The notes under the pieces are model-generated. The model saw only the letters and a program-made list of their open reading frames with translations. It did not search any database and was not told the origin of the DNA. This document shows, in pieces, positions 37,761-51,065 of a DNA stretch of 64,000 bases (the stretch's first letter is position 1; each line of letters begins with the position of its first letter). Source of the stretch: Lama guanicoe (taxonomy: Eukaryota). Both the position numbers and the translations under genes were made by a program. Location of the stretch: contig MU053379.1 in assembly GCA_013239625.1 (NCBI GenBank), positions 1,656,866 through 1,720,865 on the forward strand, given 5' to 3'.

Positions 37761-38303
37761 GATATACATTGCTGTATAATTTTAACACTTTACTAGACCA
37801 GATTAAACTTTTCATTCCTGAAAGGGACTAAAAAGCTGTGGATGCTGCCCAAATGAAAGGCAGAGGAAAGGAAACTTTAGCAGAACATTGTTGAAGCCTA
37901 TAGTTAAATAAAAATTAAAACATTTCATGTTTGAACTCCACCCAGTGTGTTCTAAAAAACTCCACCAGTAATACGTACTTTTATATTATGACATTATTTC
38001 ATCCTCATTAATTTTAGCAGGTTTTTTTTTTTAACAGAGTTTTCCTTTTGGGGCAGGGGAGTTTCTAAGTATGCAAGCATGTAATCTTCAAGTGAAATTA
38101 ATTTAACCTCTTTAATATTAGTCCTGAGTATTTTGTCTCATAGCATTAGGGAAAAACCTCCAAAACAATGTTGAACAACAACAGTGATACAGGACATTTC
38201 CTACCCCAGAATATTTGACATAATTTATTACATGACTGATGTAAAGGAGAAAAAATATGATTATAGAAAATCACATTTAGCAAACATTTAAAAAGCACTG
38301 TAT

Positions 38304-38460
38304 GGGGGGAGGGTATAGCTCAGTGGTGGAGTGTGTGCCTAGCATGCACAAGGTCCTGGGTTCAATCCCCAGCACCTCCATTAAATAAATAAATAAATAA
38401 TCCCAATTACTTCCCACTCCAAAGGCAAGAAATAAGTAAATAAACATAATTTTTAAAAAT
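38304..38460 (+). mobile_element. Camelid tRNA-derived SINE (Vic-1-like)
   Basis: ggggggagggtatagctcagtggtggagtgtgtgcctagcatgcacaaggtcctgggttcaatccccagcacctcc with Pol III A/B boxes, then a (taaa)n tail. Confidence 0.92.
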
Positions 38461-38709
38461 AACAAGTATCGTATAAAATTCCACACTCAGTTCCTTTTAA
38501 AGTTCTAAGCATAATTGGAATAGGAGGGTACAAAAATGATAAAAGAAAAAGCATTTCCAAACATTTTCTTTTGTACGCCAACACCAAGATATTCCACATA
38601 CTCATTTAAAATGACTCCGTACCATAACATAAAATTTATGTGTCATAATTTAATTAATGTAGTTCAGGAATTACTCTGTTAAAGTGAATGCCCTTGAGAA
38701 CTCTCATTA

Positions 38710-40210
38710 CTTTTTTTTTTTAAATTCATCTTGGTACCCTGTCAATGAACTCTTCACTTAACAGGTCATGAAGATTTTCTTCTTTCGTTCCTCTAAAAGT
38801 TTCATAGTTTTGCATTTTACACTTAAAACTATGATCCATTTTGAGTTAATTTTGGTATAAGGTGTGTGGCTTAGGTGGAGAATTCATCTTTTTTGAATGT
38901 GGATGTCAGATTGTCATTTTTCAAGAAGACCCTCCTTCCTCCACTGAACTGCCTTTGCATTTCAATTTTGCTTTTCTCTGTTAGTCTCTCAAAACCCACC
39001 TGGCATTTTTTGTGTGTGTCTATTATTGGCCTCTGGTTTTGTTCTACTGTCTTAACTACCGTGGCTTCATTAGAAGTAGGTCTTAAAATCAGGCAGTGCG
39101 GTTCCTCTACTTTATTCTTCTTTGAAAAAATGACTTGGCCATTCTAGTTCCTTTGCCTTTCTCTATGTATTTGAGAGGCAGCTCATTTATATCGACAAAA
39201 GTTCTGTTGGGATTGTGATTTATATTGCCTAAATTCCATATGACAGCAACTTATCCACCAAAAAAAAAGGTTCATCTGGGAATTATCATCTTTATATTCC
39301 TGGAATAAAGCCTTGAAAGTCATCACTTATTGTCCTTTCAATATACTGCTGGATTCAACTTGTGAATGTTTCACTTATAATTTTTCCCAGCCTATTTATA
39401 AATAAAGTTGACCAAGAGTAGTGTTTTGTTTGGTTTCTGGTTTTGTTTTTGCACATTCTCCATAAGGTTTTACCAGTATGGCTAAGATTCATGGAATGGA
39501 TTTAGAAATTTTTGCATCTCTTTCCGTGGTTTGGAATAGTTCGATACAGGAATTATGTATTTTTTTCTATGGACTTTCTGAGTCTTTTCATATGTAAAAT
39601 ACCTTTTCTTGACAGGTGACTAGTTTTGTTTCTGGGTGTAGGGTTCTTGGAATACTGCCCTCATTCACTAACCGGTAAACATTTCCCCTCAGTCTTACCT
39701 CCAGTAGTGTAGGCAAGGTGCCTGAAGCCAGCCTATCCTTTTTCCATTGGAAATAATCTGTCATTTCTTTCTATAAGCATGTAATATTTTCATTTCCATA
39801 ATTGGAATTCAGGGATTTCATCAGCAAATTATGGGAGGTTTGAGCTTTTTTTTTTTTAAATTAAAATTAATTTTATTTAGGGCTCTGTCACTCTTTTAAC
39901 CTGAAGACTCAAAAGTTTTTTCTACTCAGATGCATTTTCTTTGATGATTTCCTTGTTTATCACATCTTCATTTGTTCCCCTTTTCCCTTTCTGGTCAACT
40001 TTTATTATTCACATTCACATATCCTGGCCTGTCCTCCAAGTCTCTTTTCTTAATTCCTTATGAATTCCACATTATGCATAAAATACTTCTTCCACTTGAC
40101 TTTCCAAATAGTAATTCAATTCTCAACAAAGAATATTTTCTTCTCAGTTGGTCTAATGAACCTGTGATTTCAGAAATGAGTATTCTAGTTCTAGAAAAAA
40201 TTTTTTGTTC
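38710..40210 (-). mobile_element. Degraded old L1 fragments
   Basis: ctaaaagtttcatagttttgcattttacacttaaaactatgatccattttgagttaatttt...; caatatactgctggattcaacttg. Confidence 0.65.
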
Positions 40211-40374
40211 TGTATTAAATTGAATGCTCTTGGAAGTTTTCACTTGCTTTTTGTTTAATTCCATCGGTCTCCTCCATCAGCTCTTGTTCAGTGGTTGACA
40301 TCTGTCCTCGTTAAATTTAGTCCTCTCCCTCAGGATGCTAAATTTCCTTAATTTGGCCATTTTCAACCTCTGTG

Positions 40375-40530
40375 ACACATGAGAATTACTCTAAGAGGTT
40401 TTAAAAACCCCAGTGCCCAGAATATAGTGAAATAAATTAATGAAGACTCTCGGGTGTGGAATTCAGGCATCAGAAGCTTTTAAGGCTCCCCAGGTGATTC
40501 CAGTGTTTCAGCCAAGAATAAGCACCCCTG
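40375..40530. mobile_element. MER5-type remnant
   Basis: tcaggcatcagaagcttttaaggctccccaggtgattccagtgtttcagccaag. Confidence 0.65.
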
Positions 40531-40865
40531 TCTTAAATGGTTCTCATTTATCTATTTCTGGGTGGGTCTTCCCTGAGAATTTGTACAGGTTATAGCTGTG
40601 GTGTCTCAGCTGGCTGTTTTTGCTCTAATGAGGTGGTGGTGAGAAACCCAGAAAACTGTTCACTCTGCTAGAAAGTGGGAGAAACCTCTTTGTCCCTGGG
40701 TCTCCCTGGGGACAAGTCAGAGCACTCCCCCATCCACAGGAACCAGTGTCAGTGCATTGCGATGTGCTTCACCCCTCCAGGTTCACAGTAATCTGCACGG
40801 TGGGCAGGCTTCCTAAGGGCCACGTGCAGTGGGGTGAATGGGGGCAGCAAAGACCTTCTCTTTGG

Positions 40866-41818
40866 ATTTTTTTGGTTGTTGCTGCTGTTGATGTTGTTTT
40901 TTTAACTGAAGTATCGTCAGTTTACAATGTCGTGTCAGTTTCTGGTGTACAGCACAGTGATTCAGTCATACATGAACATACATATATTTGTTTTCATACT
41001 CTTTTTCACAGTAAACTACTACAAGATATTGAATATAGTTCCCTGTGCTATACAGTATAAACTTGTTTATATACTTTGTATATACCAATCAGTATCTGCA
41101 AACCTCAAACTCCCAATTTATCCCTTCCTGTGCCCCTCCCCGCTGGTAACCATAAGTTTGTTTTCTATGTCTGTGAGTCTGTTTCTGTTTTATACATAAG
41201 TTCATTTGTCTTTTTCTTTTTTAGATACCACATATGAGTGATATCATATGGTATTTTTCTTTCTCTTTCTGGGTTACTTCACTTAGAATGACCATCTCCA
41301 GGGACATCCATGTTGCTGCAAATGGCATTATTTTATTACTTTTTATGGCTCAGTGGTATTCCATTGTATAAGTATACCACAACTTCTTTATCCAGTCATC
41401 TGTCTATAGACATTTAAGTTGTTTCCTTGTCCTGGCTATTGTAAGTAGTGCTGCTATGAACATTGGGGTGCAGGTGTCCTTTTGAATTAGGGTTCCTTCT
41501 GGATATATGCCCAGGAGTGGGTTTGCTGGATCACATGGTAAGTCTACTTTTAGTTTTTTGAGGAATCTCCATAGTGTTTTCCACAGTGGCTGCACCCAAC
41601 TGCTTTCCCACCAGCAGTGAAGGAGGGTTCCCTTTTCTCCACAGCCTCTCCAGCATCTGTCATTTGTGGACTTTTGAATGATGGCCATTCTGACTGGTGT
41701 GAGGTGATACCTCATTATAGTTTTGATTTGCATTTCTCTGATAATTAGTGATTTTAAGCATTTTTTTATGTGCCTATTGATCATTTGTATGTCTTCACTG
41801 GAGAATTGCTTGTTGAAG
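40866..41818 (-). mobile_element. 5'-truncated LINE-1 (ORF2 C-terminus + 3' UTR)
   Basis: Minus ORF 41404-41784 ...[17 protein letters not shown]...[11 protein letters not shown]; complete 3' UTR. Confidence 0.95.
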
Positions 41819-42049
41819 TCCCTTCTCCTGGAAAGTGATCTTTGGTTGTACTTTGCTAGTGTGTTATTCCAGATGAAAAGATGGGGAAGGAAGGTGAATA
41901 TCCATGCATGTAAGTAACAATTTTTGCAGAAGGCCCTCTGAGATTCTTCTTGGTAATTAAAACCTCATCAAAATTTAGATTTTTAAGATCAGATGATTAG
42001 TGTAAATGTCAAAAGTCTATATTCTTAAATTGGGTTCGTTAAGAATCCA

Positions 42050-42380
42050 TTTCCATGTACACAATGACATGGATGAATCTCAACTGTATTATGCTAAGTG
42101 AAAGTAGAAAGACTCACAAGGCTACATGTGGTATGATTCCATCTATATGACATTCTGGAAAAGACAGACCATAGGGATGGAAAGCAGATCAGTGCTTGCC
42201 AGGGGCTGAGAGTCAGGGGAGGGGGCTGGCTACACAGGGGTACTGGACGGAAATTGAAGGTGATGGAACACTTCTATATCTCGATTGTGGTGTTAATACA
42301 TCATCATATGGATCTATCAAAACTCATAGAACTGTACACTAAAAAGGGACATTTTATTGCATGTAAATTATACCTCCTTA
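42050..42380 (+). mobile_element. L1MC/ME 3' end
   Basis: acatggatgaatctcaactgtattatgctaagtgaaag...tatgattccatctatatgacattctggaaaag...tgtaaattatacctc. Confidence 0.85.
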
Positions 42381-43809
42381 ACCTTCTTGGGAAAAAATGT
42401 CTCACGTGCTTCCTCCAGTGTGTTGAACTTCTGACAGATTCCCCCAAACTGCAGAGGCCTCTCAGCCTTTGTCCATTCTGTTTGCTCTGCTAAGGGATTA
42501 CTGTTCAACCCTTATGAGTTGGGTTAGATGCTCCCGCCTCTGGGAAGCCTCTCACGTCTGCAGGATTCCTCCTTGTGCTTCACTAACACACAGTGGTTCC
42601 TGCCATCCCAGCCCTCCTTCTGTGATGTTGCAGGAGCTCGTCTGCATGTTTTTATTTCCTGGTAGGCTCCAAGTCAACAAAAGCTTGGTTTTCATCTCAT
42701 TTATCATTGTGTCCCCATCACCTGACTCGATTCTAGGCATTGAGTCACCTGTAACTTGGCAAAGGCAAGGGAGCTGCCGTCCAGCACATCTGCCTGTTCA
42801 CCACAAACTTGCGTTTCCAGGAACCTTCCTGGAAGCCTCTAAAAATAATCAGGAAATGTCCCAGAAATTACCTGCAAAATCCTTGCACTGGAGCACGTGT
42901 GCTTTGGTGGTGGGGCTCACAAAGCTGATGGGTGTGCCACCGAGTTTTCAAACCTGAAAGGAGGGTACCTAGAGGAAGGCATTTTGAGAGGACAAGAGTG
43001 AGTTCCCTGAAAATCAACAGTCCATAACACCTCGTTCATTTTTATAGCTGCAGTCAACACGAAAGCCTGTTCTATTTGCTTTCCTTGCTTGACAATATAA
43101 TTTCAGAGACTGATGAAAAATGCTTTCAGCACTAGAATCAATACTTCTGATTACGGACGCTTTTGTGCTCATTTCTTCCCAGTGGAAACACTGCCAGGAA
43201 AGATGGAAAGATAAATGAAAGTCCTATGAGTCTGATTTTTAAAAAAAATCTCTGAAAAAGCTGTCTGTTCTAATCAAATGCTGGGTTTGTTTTGAAGAAC
43301 TTGAAGGCTGTGGTAGGCTGAGAGAAGGCACATGATAACTTTGAGGCACTTGCTATAAAGCTGTTGTATCTGAACCAATGAGGACCCGTTCACCCACCTC
43401 TGCTTCAGAGTCACACTTCTTGTCCTTCAGATTCCAAGCCAGAGGCATCTTGTAAAAGCTCTTAGTCTAGTTGGGGGATGCTCCATTGTTCTCTCAACGT
43501 CTTCTCCCAAGGAACTCTTGGTCAAGGTGGGAGACGGATGACTTCCACTGGGAGAAGGGGCTTCTTTCTCCCCCGAGGGCTGGAGGCCACTGAAGTGTTG
43601 CCATCTCAAGCCAAGTGAGCAAGAAATGCGACTTTCTCTAACTTGCCTTTAACTAAATTGATTTCTCTTTTGCATTTGGCTGGGTAGTGGGAACTTCTGC
43701 TCGGTCATTTTAGGGTTTCTCTGCCTTTTGCTTCAAGATTGCATCTAAGTTCTGGGAAGCTTCAGAGGGTCAAATTGTTTAAAGGTGAGGGGTAAAGGGA
43801 GACTATGGT

Positions 43810-44700
43810 ATTGTGATTTGTATGAAGATTTATATATATATATTTATGTCTCTGTGCCCAGTTCCTGACATGGAGCTCCTAAAACCCTGCAAAATTCCTA
43901 AGTGATAAGAAAACCAGGAGTACCTCTTATTCTGAGACCTGGTCTTTGACCCTGGTTCCTGACACAGGGCTCCTGAAACCCTTGTCATTTTATGAGTCAT
44001 AGGAGTGTCTTTTGCTTTAATGAGGTGACTGGGTGGGTTCCTGGATCGGGGCTGGTCACTGGAAAGAATAAGCCATGATTAGAAGCTTGGGATTTTTAGC
44101 CCCACCCTCCATTCTCTCAAGGGAGAAGGGCTGAAGGTGGAGTCCGTGACCCATCATGCCTACCTGACGACGCCTCCATAAAATCCCAGAGGTGTGAGGT
44201 TTGGAGGCCCTCCTGGCGGGTGAACACAGCCATGTGGCAGGGCAGTGCCCCTCCACTACCCAGGGACAGGCCCGCTTGTGCTCAGGACCTCCCAGACCTC
44301 CCTCTGTGTTTCTCTTCATCTGACTGTTCACCTGTGTCCTCTACCATGTCCTTTAGTTAGACTGGTAACCATGTTCTTTGAGCTGCTCTAGCAAATTAAT
44401 TGAACCTGAGGAGGAGGTCGTTGGACCCTCTGATTTGCAGTCAGACTGAAAGTTGTGGGTAAACTGGGGACCTACCACCTGCACTTGGGTCTAAAGTGGG
44501 GTGGAAGCAGTCTTGTGGACTGAGCCTTTAACCCATGGGATCAGGCGCTGTCCTCAGGCAGATAGTATTAGAATTGAGTAAAGTTGTAGGACACCCAGCT
44601 GGTGTCACAGAGAATTGCTTGAGGTGGGGAGCAACCTCAACACATTTGGTGACCAGAAGTGAAGTGTTTTGTGTGACTGGTAGAACAGACCCACAGGAAA
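43810..44700. mobile_element. MER21-like LTR
   Basis: Duplicated motif gttcctgacatggagctcctaaaaccct / ggttcctgacacagggctcctgaaaccct; aagccatgattagaagcttgggattt; ctgctctagcaaattaattgaacctgaggaggaggtcg; gtaggacacccagctggtgtc. Confidence 0.8.
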
Positions 44701-45363
44701 GAATGGCATGGTGAGGAAGAACTAGGTCCCCCCGCCTCCCCCGCTGGTGGAAAGCTGATTTTCCCTCTTCAGAGACATATCCCATTCTCCATTGTTCTTA
44801 TTTCTCCACCATGTAGTTCACCCCATCTGGCCTTTGGTCATCGGTTCACAGAGGTCGTTGCCTTCCAGACCTCCAGTTTCATCACTGCATCCTCCTTCAT
44901 CCCAACTGCTGGACTGATCTCTCTGTCCCTCACTGTCACACAGGAACATTTCAGTGCTTCCTGTCATTGTGCACGGGGTCTCTGACGTTGCCTTGACCCA
45001 TCGCTTGGATGCTCAAGAGCTGCTGTGTCTCTTCCTCTTCTTATGAGAGCACTAATCCCATTATGGGGTCTTGCTCTCCTGACCTCATCTAAGCCTGATA
45101 ACCTTCCTAAAGGCCCCACCCCAAACTCCATCACAGCATCTCCTCTCTCTTAAGCCCTTAGGCATTTAGCAAGTCATGCTGTTCCCAGGTCCATCAGGAA
45201 GTGAGGCACAAGGTCCTTGGCTCTCTGGAGCTCCAGTTATGGTCCCCAACTCCTAATTTACCTGAGTGGAGATGGACGTGCTGTGGGGTCTGAGTCCCTG
45301 TCTCAGGGCAGCCATGGGCCTCTAGGTCACTAGATTATATATACATGTGTGTGTATATATGTA

Positions 45364-45389
45364 TACACACACACACACACACACACACA
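45364..45389. repeat. (CA)n microsatellite
   Basis: acacacacacacacacacacacaca seen directly. Confidence 0.95.
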
Positions 45390-45819
45390 TTCAAGCCATA
45401 TGACATTGCCAGTTTTATGGGTCAAAACTGGTTTAATCATAGCAATTTCATACTAAATTGAATTAAATAGAATAAGTACAGTGTCGACCCTACCAGCCAA
45501 ACCACAACAAACAACTTTCAGTCTGTCCACCAACCTTGCAAAGATTCTTACTGAAACCTTCCTGGCAAATTGTATTCCGTCTTGATGGCCTTTAGTTATT
45601 CTTGCAAACTCATCAGAAGATGTTGTACTTGTATATTTTGAACAGATTGTTTCTAAGCCAGTGACACTGTTTGTTTGGAAGATTGTTTAAAAGGTTATAA
45701 AATGTTATTCCAAGTTTTTAGAGTGTGGAAAGAGTAAAGTTTTTACAGCTAAGGCACATGATTTAAAAAATCACATAATGTTGGGAACATATCCAAATAT
45801 CTTTTATAAAAATGCTTTT

Positions 45820-45910
45820 GGGGTGGGAGGAGGGAAATAACTTAGTGGTAGAGCAAATGCCTAGCAGGTAGGAGGCCCTGGGTTCAATCCCCAGCACCTC
45901 CATTAAAATA
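45820..45910 (+). mobile_element. Camelid tRNA-derived SINE (short form)
   Basis: ttagtggtagagcaaatgcctagcaggtaggaggccctgggttcaatccccagcacctccattaaa; flanking aaaatgct repeat. Confidence 0.88.
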
Positions 45911-46208
45911 AAATGCTGTCTTCATAGCACACATTTCCTTAAAAGAGCAGTGTATCTTCAATCTTTGTCTAAATGTCATCTTCACCTTGAATGGACACAT
46001 GTGGAACTTTTTTCAAATAGATATATTTGTTAGATAGCAGAATAGTGGCATTCACTTGTCATCTCAGGAAAGGTCAGCAAATATGAAACTCTTGTCTTTT
46101 TGCAAAAGAAAAGTGTAGAACTCATCTTTGAGTCTGTCAAATCCTTTAAGTACTTTGCTGTGCAATAACGCGCAAATCTGTATATGGCACCAAAAAGTTT
46201 CAAAGTCA

Positions 46209-46590
46209 GTCCCTCAGTCTGCTCAGGCTGCTATAACAAAATGCCATAGACTGAGCGGCTTACAGGACAGAAATGTATCTCTTACTGTCTGGCAGTGGGG
46301 AAGTCCAAGGTCAAGGTGCGGGCAGCCCCGGCGTTGAGATCTGTTGAGAGCCCACTTGCTGGCTTGTGGCCGCCACCTTGCTTGTGCTTCTGCGCTCTCC
46401 TGGTGGGCGCTCATGGAGAGAGAGCTCTCATGTCTCTTGTTCTTCTTACAAGGACACTCATCCCATCCAGGGGGCTTCACCTTCATGACCTCATCTAAAC
46501 CTAACACCCTCCCCAAAGTCCTACATTCAAGCATCATGACACTGGGGGTTAGTAATTCAACATATGAATTTTGGGGGAACATAACATGCA
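46209..46590 (-). mobile_element. MLT1A/B-like solo LTR with ordinary base composition
   Basis: tcagtctgctcaggctgctataacaaaatgccatagactgagcggctt...gaagtccaaggtcaaggtg...ttcaacatatgaattttgggggaaca. Confidence 0.9.
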
Positions 46591-47455
46591 GTAAATTAGT
46601 CTCCTGTTATAAAGTATTGTAAAAATTCGACTTCATCTTAAAGGTCTTAAGGTCTTAATTTTAACAATGTGCCAATATTACTGGCATTCTGTAGTCCTTG
46701 GCACACTTCTGGCTCCAACATACTTGGTGTAGGAGTTTGCCCATGAATGAGGCAGTGAGTGAGTGTATCTTACACGTGGTATTACCCTGGCAGCCTTACT
46801 GCAGAATTCTTTTTTAATCTCATGAGACCTTGCATTTAACGAAGAAAACCTCAGTGGTTGAGATGGTATCTTTCCTTGCACATCTTTTCTATGGTTACTC
46901 TCCAAAAATACTCCTTGTGGATTTCATTACTGAAACCAACCTGTCAAATCCCATATGCCGAAACTTGTTGGAAACATCTGTACTTGATCTGTTTATAACC
47001 TCCCGCACTGCGTGCTTGTTCAAACGCTTGTTTCTTCAGCGGTGTTTTCTGTGAGTATCTGCTGGAGTGGGTGCCTTTCAGTGTGTTGCCGTATTGTTTT
47101 CTGGGCATTATTTTAGTCATTTTTTTTATTGCTGCAGAAAGACAAGTGTTCTTCCAAACCTAAGTGACTTTTTGTCCATCACTAATGAGTAAAAAGATTC
47201 TTGAAATTTTGTAACATATTGGGCAGAGAAAAAAATCAGTATTTGTCCTCTTATTTTTGATGCTTTAAAAAAGGTCTTTCTACACACGATGGCTTCATTC
47301 AACCATTCTCAGCTTAATTAATCCCCACAAATAATGATTTGAGAATTTTTCTGAATTTCTCCAAGGAAGCCGCAGAGCCCGCTCGTACCATTCTAGATGC
47401 ACAGGAAGAAACGAACACATTACACTTATGTGTATGTGCAACACATAGAGTTGAT

Positions 47456-47577
47456 GGGGGGAGGGTAGAGCTCAATGGTGGAGCACATACCCAGCATGCA
47501 TGAGGTCCTGGGTTCAATCCCCAGTCCCTCCATTAAATAAATAAACCTAATTACGGCCCTCCCCGCCAAAAAACTGT
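47456..47577 (+). mobile_element. Camelid tRNA-derived SINE (Vic-1-like)
   Basis: ggggggagggtagagctcaatggtggagc...gaggtcctgggttcaatccccag; TSD catagagttgat (47444-47455) / catatagttgat (47578-47589). Confidence 0.92.
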
Positions 47578-48177
47578 CATATAGTTGATGTTTTAGGGCA
47601 TTAGGACTTAATTTCCTGGAACTTCAGGTGAGAAAGGACTCAAAAACATTTTCAGAAAAAAAATATAATTTAGGGTTATGTCTATTATTAGTGATAGATG
47701 TAAATGTGTATTTTAAATAGGCTCTTTGAGATAAATAAAAATGATTGTTGGCCCCTTTGCATTGTAGAAATCCCGTCCTTCCTTCAGAATCTCCAGGGAC
47801 GTGACTGGCGTGTGATCTATTGAAGAACCCATGTCTTTCCAAGTAGTCACCCTTAGAAGGCTCAGATCTTTTCTACGTTGTTGAAAACATATGTAAATAT
47901 AGGTTTGAGTACTGAACTAGCTAAATATTTTCTTTCCATACACCAAAGAAGTGTCGTCCCTGTTTGCTGAGGTGTGGGTGCCTCATTTGGGAGATCACTG
48001 GTTTAGGGGCACAGATATCACTGTTCTGTACCTCTTCTGAGTCACTGGGCCAGTTTGCATTGAGAGCTGAGGAACTGTGGTGGGGGGAGGACAAGGAAGT
48101 CTAACTGCTGTGACAGCAAAACCTCTTGGACGTGGATCCCCAGCACATTGCGGCCAGTCACTCTATTTGTCACCCAG

Positions 48178-48385
48178 CATCATCGCAGCAGTGCCAACTC
48201 CCTCAGAGGAGGATGTGAAGGGGCTGGAGCTCCTGGATCCCGGGTTACAGAGTGAAAGCCACTCAGCAGAACCAAACCCAGCCTGTTACCTGGGACTGAG
48301 CCCTGCTGGACCCGACGGGACCGCAGCCAGCCTGCAGATCCCTGAGTGGTGTCACAGCAAGAGACTGGCAAGCGAACTTCTGAAC
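48178..48385 (+). other. Weak candidate internal coding exon (IIAAVPTPSEEDVKGLELLDPGL...SKRLASELLN)
   Basis: Acceptor ctctatttgtcacccAG, 69 open codons, donor AAC|GTGAGG; no recognisable homology. Confidence 0.2.
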
Positions 48386-50569
48386 GTGAGGTCCAGGTGT
48401 GCTCAGCATTGGTTTCAGCCTCGAGGACACCTGTGCTCTTGTCCCTGATTTTCTGTGCTGAGTGATGAGCACAGAGGCACTCAGATGCAGTTCTGCTCAC
48501 GATGTCCTGGCCGTGACTTGGTTCCAAGATGTGTTGGTGTTTGGCAAGCATATCAGCCTCTGAGCCACCCCCCCAGTACACCTGCTTCTTCCTCGTCATT
48601 CATGCCTTCGGGACGAAAACCTGTATCAGCCTGGGTTGAGTCAGGGAAACTGACTCACTAGCATGTTACAAGGAAGAGGAATTGGGGTTTACTTGAATGT
48701 GGGGGCCATGGAGGGAGTGACAGTTGGAAGCCTGCAGCAGAAGGATGGGAGAGACAGTCACTTACAACTCAGAGCTTCAAGTGCCTGACCAACTCTTGTG
48801 CTAACACGGAGGAGCAGGAGTTCCTCCACGGACAACGATGCTTCATGACCGAGGCAGGATGGGAGCTCCGAAGCCCGCGCTCCTGGCTTCGCGTCTCACA
48901 ACCACCTGTGTATTTCCCTTCTCACTACGTGGTGTTGTCGCAGGGCACACGTCTGTCTCCCTTGCTGGACTCCAGTTTCCTTGGACGAGCGGGTTCTCTC
49001 TTACTCATCTCTGATTCTTCAACTAACTGCACTTTTTCTTTACTTCAGTATAGCATCTGTATGTAGAAGGAATTCAGTAAGTTTTTTTAAAAAATTAGAT
49101 TATTTAGATCTATAAACAAGAAGCCAAAAATCTGGATGAGAAGGTGGAAAATCATGCTCATCTGTAAATAGCCCCCTCCCTCCCTGTCACTTAAGAGATG
49201 TGTCTTTTGAAATTTTTGCCATATTCACCAGGCCGTTCCCTTAAGAGGCAGACAGCTTTGTCTCTTTGACACCAGACAGGGGTCTCCAACCAGACAGAAG
49301 AGCATCTTTTATTTAATTAATTAATTTACTTTAAGATTCTCACCGTCTCTCCTGAGTTTTCTCAGGAATATGAAGGAAAGCAAGGAGAAGGACTCAATAT
49401 TCCGTTGCGGTCCACCCTCCAACAGCACAAAGCTTCCTTGTGATTTGATGGAGTGTGTACATTTAAGAAAAGCATCTGTTGGCTTGGTCTCTGGAATTTG
49501 CTTTCATTCTCAACCCCATCCAGTCTGCCTCTCCCAGCTTCTAAAAATATAATCTTATTTTTGCTCTCCTTTCAACTTGAAACAGACATCGGATGCAGTC
49601 ATCTCATACCATTTACACCCAGGAGGCTGTCAGCAGAGGCGCGGGGGAAGAGTGTGTTTAATCTTGAGAAGGAAATAGAATGTATACACTCCCGGCAAGC
49701 TGAAATGTTTTCCCTTGGCTCTGGCTCCCACCTCCTTTACGCATGGTGGCAGCGACCGAGACTCAGTGACAAATCTCCGTCATCAGCAGAGTCCTGTCGG
49801 CAGGATAACTGCTCAAGTTGTCTTGCTCCGTAGACGCTGGGCCCGGCCACGCCACCCGGTCATCACTCGCCTGGGCTGCTGGTTCAGTCTTGTCTGCTGA
49901 CACCACACTATTTCATGACCCCTTTACAGGGAGCGGAAATCCAAAATAAGAGAAAGCCTTGTTCTCTGTTGGTCTCGTCCATCCTCTTACTGGTCTCTTT
50001 CGGCCTTCGGAGCAAGGCACAGCGACACCAGCTCCCGTTGGCCCCCGAGTGGCTTGGACATAGGTGATCAGTCACTGGCAGTCATCCTTCTCAGGCTGTG
50101 AACCGTGTCACTGGTGCATCTGGGCTTCCACCTGAACCCTGTGTCAGTGGGTCGGCGGTGCCCTGGAGGCAGACTGCATGGGCCCCAGGGCGGCGTCGCT
50201 CGCTGGAGTGGAGTGTCCCCAGGAGGGCCAGACAACTCAGTAATTATCAGATAATTCAGGACCCCCCATTTGCCACCCCAGAAGCCAGGCCCTTGGAGCA
50301 AGAAGCAGTGTGGTTACCTTTCTCTTACAGCTTCAGGGAAGGACAAAGCTTGTGTCGTCTTCCCTCACATGCTCCCGTGACCCAGAGAGCAAAGAGAGAC
50401 CATTTGTATACTTTTATGTTCCTCCTCCTTTTCCTTCTTTTTCAGTGATTTTTGGGTTAAAAACTAAAATGCCCATGGACGACCGGGCATTGCTGGTAGG
50501 GGTGGACTTGGTATGACCACTGTGGTGCACTGTCCAGTTATATCTTTACTAGATGTAGCCTTTATCTAC

Positions 50570-51065
50570 CTAGTGCGACTCAGCAATTCCACTCCCAGGA
50601 AAAAACCCAGCGGGAACGCTTACACTTGTGCATCAAACGACGTGCGCTGGGACTTCCCCAGCAACGTTGTTCATGACAGCCGCATGCTGGAAATAACGCA
50701 GCTGTTCATCAGCTGGAGGATGAACGAGGAATTTGTGATGTGTGCGCACAGATGCAGCAGCAACGAGAACCAACGGAACACACAAACCTAATGCTGAACC
50801 TGAGAAGCCCGGCACCAAAGAGTGCGTGTTTCTGTGCCCTACGCCACCTACGTAGATCTTGGAACCAAGAAACGTTAGTTTATGGTGTTAGAAGGCAGGA
50901 TGCAGGGTGGTCTGAGACTGGAAGGGGCACAAGGGGGCTGGGGTGGGGCGCTGGCGACGTTCTGCGTCTTGATCTGGGCGCTGACCGCTCACGTGTGTCC
51001 AGTTTGTGGAAGTTCGCGGAACCGTGCGCACCTCACTTGTGAGCTTTCCTGTAGGTCCATCCTGT
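50570..51065 (+). mobile_element. Ancient L1ME-like 3' end, strongly GC/CpG-shifted
   Basis: cagcaattccactcccagg...tatggtgttagaaggcaggat...gactggaaggggcacaagggg...gttctgcgtcttgatctgggcg follows L1ME 3' end order. Confidence 0.8.

Noticed and set aside
38304..38380. tRNA genes (also at 9930, 45820, 47456, 53913)
   Set aside because: The A/B boxes belong to tRNA-derived SINE heads with AT-rich tails and TSDs; there is no intact cloverleaf.
43855..43985. Direct repeat gttcctgaca...gctcct(a/g)aaaccct as an array-like structure
   Set aside because: It is an internal duplication of the MER21-like LTR; only two units with no spacer array, so not CRISPR.
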